A DNA stretch of 64,000 nucleotides from Auanema rhodensis (taxonomy: Eukaryota > Animalia > Nematoda). Location of the stretch: contig OZ059898.1 of the NCBI GenBank assembly GCA_964057225.1, positions 5,146,001 to 5,210,000 of the forward strand. Reading direction: 5' to 3'. The notes under the pieces were generated by a model. The model worked only from the letters and a program-made list of their open reading frames with translations. It was not told the origin of the DNA and made no database searches. Numbering within the stretch: position 1 is the first letter of the stretch; every line of letters starts with the position of its first letter. Position numbers and translations under genes: made by a program. Of the stretch, positions 54,694 to 64,000 are shown piece after piece.

Positions 54694-57435
54694 TTATTTT
54701 GTATCACTAGTTGAATCAACAATATCAGCAGGCTTCTCTGTTGTTGTTGATGATGCTGATTCTGTTTGTGTTGAACTGGGGTTTGCCTTTTCTGATTTTT
54801 TCGGGCTATCTTTTTGAATTCTAATAGTATATCCTATATATCCATTAGGTGAACCATAGTTGATATTTGATTTATCAGAACCATAACTACCATATTGCAT
54901 ATTTGGTGTATTATCATTATTATTATTATATGAATAATAATTTTGATTATTAACTCCATCAGATTGATCATTTGGATAATAATAACCATCTGATCCATAA
55001 TTATTTGAATATCCTCCGGTATATGTTTGTGATGTTGGAGTATATCCATTATTCGTATATCCAGAAGCTGAAGTATCATATGGCATATAGTTACCAGAAG
55101 ACATATCAGATGAACCATAGTTTGATGAAATGCTGTTCTTTTGATTTGATCCGTAATTTCCATAATTACTATAGCCATCATTATCTGTCATTCCTGTAGA
55201 CCATGTGTTCGAATTTTGATTCACATAGTTATTTGAACCAGCATTCTGCTGATTACCATAATATGATCCTCCTTGATTGTTATAATCAGTTGTATAACCA
55301 GATGATGGTGTTAGTGTACCATATGAACTACCATAGTTCCCTATGTTATCGGTGCTTTGCCCATAATTATTATCAGAAGTGTAATATCCATTGTTAGTAC
55401 CATATGATGATTTTGAATCTGGATACTGTGGCTGTGCTTCCTGACCATATTCATTTCCATTTGATTTGCCATAATTTCCAGAAAATCCATTGAAGTTATT
55501 TGCGACTGGTTGATATCCATTGTTGTATCCTCCTGATGCTCCAGCTGCTCCTGCTGTGCTATATGTGTTATCAATTCCATTATTATATCCGCCATCCGAA
55601 GATCCCATGTTATTACTATAACCTGAATCAGGTGAACCATAACTACTGTAACCATCATTTCCAGTATTAAATCCGTTGTTGGCCGTGTTGAATCCATTAT
55701 TGTAGTTTCCGTTATTTCCTTGAGTATATCCTCCAAAATTATCTTCATTTATACCGTACTTTTGATCAGGTTGTCCATTTCCAAATCCATAATTGTTATT
55801 TGAATCTGGTTGATTTCCATAATTCATATCTGGTTGCGTAATAAATCCTTGTCCAGTGTTATCGGGTTGGTTACCGTATCCATAACCAGCGCTTTGATCG
55901 GGTTGAATACCGTAACCATAACCACTATTATCAGGTTGATTACCGTATCCGTAACTATTGGCATCTGGCTGGTTACCGTACCCGTAACTATTGGTATCTG
56001 GCTGGTTACCGTAACCAAAACTATTGGTATCAGGCTGATTACCGTATCCATAGCCATTTGCATCAGGCTGATTACCGTATCCATAATTTCCATTATCAGT
56101 CTGACCAGCATAGCCATTGTCTCCAGCATTATTTTCATATCCACCTCCGAAACCATTATTATTTCCATAGTCTTCTAAATAATTTAATCTAAAAATATAA
56201 ATTTAATTTGTCTCACCATTACCATTTCCATAATTCATTCCATAGCCTTTCGGCTGGTTAGGAATGATTATTCCACTGGGTCCTGTTTGTGAATAGCCTC
56301 CATAGCCCATGGGTGCAGTTGGTTTTGTTCCAGTGGACGAGCCGACCATATATGGATCGCCAGAAGCTGATGAAGCAACACCAGCACGATTCATAGTGGC
56401 TTGTCCTTTCAAACTATCAACACTTCCTTCAAGTATGTATGTATTACTACTAATTTATTCATTAACTACAGTATACCATAACTTCCGAATGTGTTTCTTC
56501 CTAATCCTTTTCCAGATTTAGTTATAGCACCCAAATAACTATTACTTTTGCTTATTTGTGAATCAGGAATACCGCTATATCCACTTAAAAAATAAAAATT
56601 TATAATTAATAAAAAAGAAATTAAATCTTACCTGGCATATGGATTACCAGTATGTGTATGACTGTCAACTTCAACTAAATATGTAGCCCCAAATGAGCTA
56701 CCATAACCGCTACGTAGTTTACTACTTGAAAAGCCTACAAAAATATTTCAAATTACTTATAGAACAAATGTTGAAAATGAAAAAAAAGAACATAAAACGA
56801 GTAATAGAAGTAAGATAAGTTGATAGTTTTGTACAGTTGTCGAACTCACTTCCAATACTCTTTTCATGGTTCAAGGAGTTAACCAACTTACGGATGTCTT
56901 CCTTAACTTCTGCTTCTTCCTGAAAAAATAAGTTTTTTTTCAGATAGAAACACAAACAAAGAATATAAGAACAACCGATCTTCGAACAAAAAATAATTTT
57001 AAATAGAAAACTAACGGAATATTCTCACGTCAATTACGTGAATCATTTCGTTTTTATTTAAATTCAAATTGAACGAATGTTCTGTTCTCATTATTTAAGT
57101 AATTGAAATTCAAGCAATCAATGTTCTCAGAGTTTGAAAAAAAACGAAAAGCTAACCTCAGCTTTGCTTTTCTTATTGGCTGCTTTAATTTTAGCAATAG
57201 CTGGAAATGTTATAAGAGCTCCTTGATTGTATGCAACTGGACTTCTTTGAGCAGCATCTGTATTGAAGTGATTAAATCTGGGTTCGAAAATAGAAAGAAA
57301 TTTGGAACCTTTTATAGATTCCAATATGGAGCTTTTGTTTCCTGGCGGCCGATCTTCTTCAGGAATATTCTTTTCATTTGTTGTTTTGTGAGCAGTTGCA
57401 AGAACGAATAAATATAATAGATAATATAATTTCAT
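54694..57435 (-). CDS. Secreted low-complexity Gly/Asn/Tyr/Ser/Gln-rich (prion-like) protein, 749 aa, 6 exons
   Basis: Exons 57435-57157, 56919-56850, 56734-56632, 56583-56477, 56426-56217 and 56174-54694 sum to 2250 nt with consistent phases. The N-terminus MKLYYLLYLFVLATA looks like a signal peptide. The last exon is about 490 codons of G/N/Y/S/Q/D-rich sequence. Confidence 0.85.
55849..56082 (-). repeat. Coding 33-bp tandem repeat, 7 units encoding GYGNQPDxxxY
   Basis: Units are GYGNQPDANGY, GYGNQPDTNSF, GYGNQPDTNSY, GYGNQPDANSY, GYGNQPDNSGY, GYGIQPDQSAGY and GYGNQPDNTGQ. Three degenerate QPD units follow. Confidence 0.9.
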
Positions 57436-58516
57436 CTGAAAAATTTTAAAAAATTAAAAGAATAATATTAAAAAATAAAATATTTAACTATAATACTATA
57501 TCAATATATAATAAATAAATTATCTATTTTATTTCGAAGATACTGTTAAACTAAAGAATTTCAGGAAAAATCAGGTACATCAAATGAACAAGAAAGCTCG
57601 AATCAGACGGACTTTTGTCTTTAAATATCTCACATTTCGACATGTCATTTTGAAGTCTAATTAAACAAACAAGCATATACAGTGAAAAACAGAAAATGCT
57701 TCATGGTTTCTAGACTGTCAACTGAAAATCAGAAGAGAAATGTGTGAAACTGAGAGAATTTGAGAAATTTTGAAAATTAGAGAATTGAAACTAGTGGATC
57801 AACCAAAGTGACCAGAAGATAGAAATTGAAAATCCTGATCTTGCAATACCTGATTTCTAATATAGCTGTCAGAAAAGAAAAAAATTATAATGTCAGAAAA
57901 GTACGTCTGAAAGCCAGCGCACCGATTATCCGTTCTCTGTCTTCCGGATATTTTGAGAAACAACCGGCTTATTGTCAGTTTTTGATTTGGTCAAGAAATC
58001 TAAAATTAACATTGAACAAATTTAATATAAACATTATAATAATAATATTAATAATATTCATAAACATTAATATAAAGAATAAATATTTTGATTATTCAAT
58101 GTATAATTATAAAATTTTTTAGCGTAAGATTCACAATATCGTGAGTCGATATACTTAGAATCTGTATTTGCTTTCATCTTCACACTCCTATTGTAGAAAC
58201 ATATTAGTATTATATCTGTTGACTTTATAATTATACAATTGAATAACTATGCATCTTTGAATCTTTTATGCAAAGATGAAACATGTAAAATATTCCATTT
58301 TAGCTTCTCAGGTTTTACTACTCAGATGAAAAATAAAAAATTTATTATACGTTATAGTTAATTATCAAATATAGTTTTATTATTGTATACTTTTTATAAT
58401 AAAATTATAATAAAATAGAAATAAAAATAGAAATTTAAGCAATTTAACAGTTTTGCACTTAAAGAGAAAAAGTTCAAAGTTTGTTTGATAAGAAAAATAA
58501 AATGGAGAAATGTGAA

Positions 58517-59198
58517 TTATTCAGAATCTGAATAGCACGCAAAATAGTTTGCTTTTCCTGTTAGCTTCCAAAGCTTTTTTTTGATCACGTATTTTAAGCC
58601 ATCCATTCCAAAGAATTCAGCTTCACGCTGAAAATAAAAATAGTTTAACTAACAATAATATACATATATTTAATAAATAATATAATAAAATTAATTAAAT
58701 AATTGAATAAGATCCTTGAACTAACCATTAAATCAAGAAGAAATGGTTGATTATCTGGTAAACTTGTTTTTCTACCATTTCGAATATATTGTAAAATCTA
58801 AAATAATTTATATATATATATATTATAATATTTAATTCATTTTTTTATTAAAAAAAATTATTTACATGACGAAACAAAATTCCATCACGATCAATATCCA
58901 TTCGATATTTGATATGATTTGGAGAAGATTCCCAATGAACACATGAAGCCTAAATAAAGATTTAATCATTAATCATTATAATTTTGATACTTTGATTAAG
59001 AATTCAGATGCTTTTATTATACGTTCACGGAAATATAAACCATTTGTTTCAAATGTCAATAATGTTCGAAGTTGAATTGGATAAATCTAAAATATTTTAT
59101 TATAAATAATATAATTTATAAACTAAACTAACCTCTCCACCAACGAATATATTAATCCATTCTCGATCAGATTTGAAAATTGCTGGATTAGGATCCAT
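58517..59198 (-). CDS. Small BTB/POZ (KCTD/T1-type tetramerisation domain) protein, 5 exons
   Basis: MDPNPAIFKSDREWINIFVGGEIYPIQLRTL...MDIDRDGILFRHILQYIRNGRKTSLPDNQPFLLDLMREAEFFGMDGLK...YSDSE*. The start could be in an additional upstream exon. Confidence 0.87.
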
Positions 59199-60653
59199 AT
59201 TATCTATATTATCTATATTATAATTATAATAAATATACTTTTAAAATAAAAAAATTTAAAAAATAAGAGGAGAGAGAATCCTAAAATGGATACTGATGGA
59301 ATAGAATTCTTCAACAAGACTACCATTTCAAATAGACATCTTCCAATTATTATAATTAGAAGATTGACCGAAGCCTAATGCGAAATTTTGCAGAAAAAAA
59401 AATAAGAAAACAAGTATTGTAAATCTATTGTTTATCTTTTTATATTTAGACAATCTAAGACAACGTATGCGTGTGGATCGCAAATAATTGAATTTCTTTA
59501 TTAGGCAAATGGATCGGCCATTTGAGACCATGTTCTGGCATCCTCCTATTCGTTTTGTCTTCTCTAAAGTCTATCTTTTAGATTTTGTCTTTTCTTTCTT
59601 TTTCTCTTATCTCCTCTTCTTATTTTTCATTTTCTCTAACTGTCTTATTCTCCTTTTTCATTCATTTTTCTTCTTGTTTCGAACTTAACAAAGAAAAGGA
59701 AGCAGAATTAGCTTTTCAAATCGAGCAGCAGTTGTTTCAGTAAATTCTGCATATGAGTTCGAGAGAATCATTTACTTACAATTTTAATAAAAGTTTAAAA
59801 AAAGAAAATAACAACAACAACAACAAGATATATATGTATTTGAAAACTTTTCTCATAAAAATATTTTGTTTTACAAAGCAAAATAACAATAATTGTAAGA
59901 AAAAGTCATTTTTTTTGTCTTTTAATTAGAAAAATAACAGTAATAGTAAGATAACGACAAGTTTAAACTGAAAGATATACTACGATTTGAACGAAGAAAA
60001 AATAATTTTTTCCCGTTAGTTCCGTTTTTTTGGGTCGATTGTGAGTAGTAAATCCAGCACTAAGAACATTAGACAAATGGTTAGTTTTATAAAAGTCAAT
60101 TCACATACTGACGTCCTTGTCAGACATTATTCGGATGCTCGTAGAAGCTTACATATAATGCTCTTATAAAATATTGAAGTTACAGCCTAAGTTTTATGTT
60201 TAAATGAGATCTTGTTTAAATCCAAGTAAAGTATTGGACATTGAGAAGGCTTTTAAAAAATTATTTCATATACTATAAGTGATGCATTTGAATTAACTAT
60301 TCATATACTTAGTTTAATTAACCTGTTTCATGTATAATATATATATAACACTCGTATACATAGTTATATTAGATATTTTCAAGAAAAAAAAATTAATTTT
60401 TATTATAACTTCAGCTGTATTATATGGAAATTTTCAATATTCATTGTTTCAAATGATTTCACATGATTCTGACACATCATCGCTGACAACAATATTTTCT
60501 CATCTGATCAACAGAATATGAATCATTTTATATTTTGGGGTTTTTTCAATATTATACACCAATATCATTTCAATTCAAACATTTATTTCATATTGAACTA
60601 TTCTTTTCTATCAAATATATTATAAATTTATTATTTTTTTAAGGAATTCAATT

Positions 60654-61379
60654 ATGAATGATGATATAGCTGATGTTTTTCATTTTTATGATAACAGAGG
60701 AGATAAAAAAATATCAGCTTCACAGGTATAAATTATAATAATTAAAATATATATTAGATTATAAATATTTATATTAAATACAATTTTTGTATATTTAAAA
60801 TACAAATTTAATATTTTCAATTTTTAGATTGCGATTTGTCTGCGTTCTTTAGAATTAAGACCAACAGAAGCTATGATTGATCAGCTGACAATTGCTTGGA
60901 AGGAAAAGCCAGGTAATCTTGAACTAGAAGTCTCTATATAATGAAAAATCAACTTCTTAAATTATTTTTTGTGGTAAATCATTGAAATTTATAAAATATA
61001 TGTTCAGAGACACGTATATCAATCGAAGAATTCATTCCTATCTATAATAATTTACGAGAAAAATGTGGCCAACCTACACCTATGGACAGCTTATTGGTAA
61101 ATTTGAAAGAAATAAGCAAAACCTTTAATATTGTCAGAATCTGTTAACTCTGTACGATCGTGATAGTACTGGTACAATAACGTTGGCAGATTTTTCTCTC
61201 ATGCTTCAGCATACAGGTAAAAAGCTTGATGATATTGTATGAACCAAACAAACTTAATTTTTAAACGTGAAGGAGAGAAACTCAATTCAAATGAAGTGGA
61301 AGATCTACTATCCGGACTTGAAATAACTGAAGGAAAAATTCAAATTTCTGAGATAGTGCGTGTAATTTCTTCAATATAA
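60654..61379 (+). CDS. Myosin essential light chain-like EF-hand protein, 5 exons
   Basis: MNDDIADVFHFYDNRGDKKISASQIAICLRSLELRPTEAMI...RISIEEFIPIY...LTLYDRDSTGTITLADFSLMLQHTGEKLNSNEVEDLLSGLEITEGKIQISEIVRVISSI*. This resembles the MLC-5/6/7 group. Confidence 0.88.
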
Positions 61380-62547
61380 TTACTATTTCTGTTAGCTTTT
61401 TTCGATTTATTCTCCTTTGCTACTTTTCTACAACTGTTATTCCTTTATAATATTTGATGAAATATATATTTTTTCTTGTATTTTCTATAATATTTGTAAT
61501 AAAAATAAAATAATAATACAATTAAAAATTAATTTTCATTCGTTATTATATACAAAATAGTTTTTAGTCCTTGAATGAAGAAGACTAAAAACTATAAATA
61601 CATATGATTAAGTTTGCTCGTTGAAATGACAAATGATAATTACCGTAACTAAAAGGTTTTTGTTTTGTTTGTTTCTGATCGAATAAGCTTATATTACCGT
61701 ATATAAATGAACGATAGATGATACTACTAGTATTATATACTTTTCGAGCAAAAAAACAAAATAAAAAGAAAATACATATACATATACTTCATGAAAGAAA
61801 AGTAAATGTCTATTATAGAATACAAAATCAACATAAATGAAGATTTTTATAAAGTGTAAGATGGATGAAGAATATATAAGAACATGAGAAATATGTCTCA
61901 AATCAAAAAATAAAAAAAAAACAAAAAAATGGTATAATAATAATATTTTTAAAGACAATCGGGTCTTTTAGACTCTATAATATATGTTTGAAAAAACATT
62001 AAAATAATCAAATAATGGAAATGTTTTCAGAAATAACAAATAAAAATCCTGACGTGATGAAGAGGGAGTTCAAATAATTCGTTTTAGGTAATAACATATG
62101 AATAGAAGATTTTCTTCAATATTGATGAAAAAGGCGGAATAATATTTTCGCCTATAAACAGACGTAAATACAAGCTATATACAAGTATCCATCAGATTGT
62201 TGAAGAAAAGCTTAGAAAATATTCTCAAAACGAAAAAAAAACCAGAAAATGATAGACGAAAACAAGAAATAGAAGGAGGATTAAAGTGAAAGACAACAAA
62301 TACCGATAAAAAAAGTAAAAAAAAAAGAAATTTTCTTTCTTCGTGTGAATGGATACCAATACGTATTAATCGTAAACCTGAAGCTTGAACTGTTCAAGCT
62401 GTAATAAAAAGCTTTTAAAAAGCTATAATGATTATTCGAATACACTCAAATCCGACAACAACGTTGTAGAATGTCGGAGATCTGATGACTAGGATACTAG
62501 TTATAACATCAACTCGATATTAAGTACGTGGAATTGGTCCCATAACG

Positions 62548-63781
62548 TCACGAAATAGATCTGCGTCTGAATTCATGTTCCTCTTGATCTTCATCCCAGC
62601 CATTATCCTTTACCATGTGAGCTAATTCAATAATGAATTTGCCTTCCTTGTACTTTTGTGAAGATTCAAATGCATGTTCCTGTGAAAAAAATAACAAAAT
62701 TAATAAAAATAAAAGAAATTTAAATAATTTTTCATTTGAATTTCATTAAAGAATATATGTTTGCATAAAAATTTTATATTCCCAAAGGATATCTCAATAC
62801 AAATTGTTCTGTAAATTCTCAAATATTGTCATTTATCGTTCAACTTGACGTCTCGATTTCTTCAGTCAAGTTGCTAACAAAAAGTTATAATGAACTTTTT
62901 TATATAGAATTTCTAATATATATTATATATATTTAGTTAAATATATTGAATTTATAAGTATTTTTAATAATTACTTACGTATTTCCATCCAAGTGTTGTT
63001 TTACAATTTTCGCAATAAATATCAGCAACGGCATGTAATCCGGTAAGTAATACACGTTCTTCAGCTGGTCCACATCCAATGTTTACACTTAAATTGAAAT
63101 AAATTATATGATATAGTTAATGAATTAAAATATATTTCAGCTTATTTGATTTAAATATATTTTGCATACGTCAAAGATCATTGAGGAAAAGTTCATAATG
63201 CAATAAGAAATATACCAACAACACTTGTTTCAGGCAAAAATTCAATAAAGTTCTTTTTTTTTGCAAAAAAAAAGATAAATGAACAACATAATTTGTAAGT
63301 TTTTTTGTAACATAAAACTTACACAGCATTGAATAGGTAAGCTTTGCCTTGACTGCCTTGAAATGACTAAAATATTTCAGAATTTTTAATTGAAAATGAA
63401 TGGAAGAATTTTTTACTTTTGAAATTAAATCGCTATGACTAGCCAAATTAGCACGACAATGTAGACAACTATAACAACGATCTCCAGCTGGCAAATAATG
63501 CTGAAAATAGAAGAAACAATGAGTTGCTGAAACTCTATTCATTCATAAAGTTCATTTGAAACAAAAAAAATACAATTTTAATGCATCTTAGATTTATCAC
63601 AATCATTTTTTATAAAATTACTAAGTTAAAAATTATATTTTTAATAATTAATTTTATAATATTTAATATCTTACTTGCAGCATTTTATTTTTTGGAGGAG
63701 TAGTCTTATTATCTTTTTGTGATGTCTCAAGGACTTTCATTCTGGAAAAAAGACGTGGACGATATTTTGGAGCCAGATCTG
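62548..63781 (-). CDS. YPEL: Yippee-like zinc-binding protein (5' end may lie beyond the window)
   Basis: [108 protein letters not shown] is the near-invariant YPEL1-4 core. The first in-exon ATG is at 63740. Confidence 0.95.
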
Positions 63782-63967
63782 CTGTAAAAACATATTATAT
63801 AATATATTTTAATTTTTTTTTTAATTTATACTATATACATATATATATATATATAGTATAAAATTTATAAAATAAAGAGAAAATATAAAAAATAAAATAA
63901 AATTATTGTACACAAGTTTCCAGCTCGTTCATATGATTAACAAGCAATATACATAAGGAAAATATTA

Positions 63968-64000
63968 TATAGTATAGTATAGTATGGTATAGTATGGTAT
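63968..64000. repeat. Pentanucleotide (TATAG/TATGG)n repeat running off the window edge
   Basis: tatagtatagtatagtatggtatagtatggtat. Confidence 0.75.

Noticed and set aside
55849-56082. Regularly spaced repeats as a CRISPR-like array
   Set aside because: They are contiguous 33-bp in-frame coding repeats with no unique spacers, in a eukaryotic gene.
54834-56521. Overlapping alternative-frame and antisense ORFs across the G/N/Y-rich gene
   Set aside because: These are shadow ORFs caused by the biased, repetitive codons of the real CDS.
1-64000. Non-standard genetic code or non-canonical splicing
   Set aside because: The junctions I traced were GT-AG and the gene models translate with the standard code without internal stops.

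Overview
This is an AT-rich eukaryotic genomic window, almost certainly from a nematode. The evidence is short GT-AG introns of about 45-110 nt, TTTCAG/TTTAG acceptors just upstream of several ATGs, a supplementary nuclear receptor and a serpentine chemoreceptor. The ORF track is mostly misleading because the genes are split into many small exons, so I rebuilt the gene models by hand from splice sites. Twelve protein-coding genes are supported. In order they are RBM42 (-), a multi-C2H2 zinc-finger protein (+), GCNA/SprT-like (-), then about 23 kb of non-coding regulatory-looking DNA, a double BED-finger transcription factor with a hAT-transposase remnant (+), a 106-aa His-tract tail-anchored membrane protein (-), an Srv/Srg-like GPCR (+), an NHR (-), a tyrosine phosphatase with two candidate first exons (+), a 749-aa secreted G/N/Y/Q repeat protein (-), a stand-alone BTB/POZ protein (-), a myosin light chain (+) and a Yippee-like protein (-, possibly extending past the window). 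I saw no rRNA, tRNA, CRISPR array or intact mobile element. I found no clear multi-gene novel system. The best leads are single loci: the structured last intron of the zinc-finger gene, the His-tract microprotein, the prion-like secreted protein, the domesticated BED gene and its 3' hairpin.
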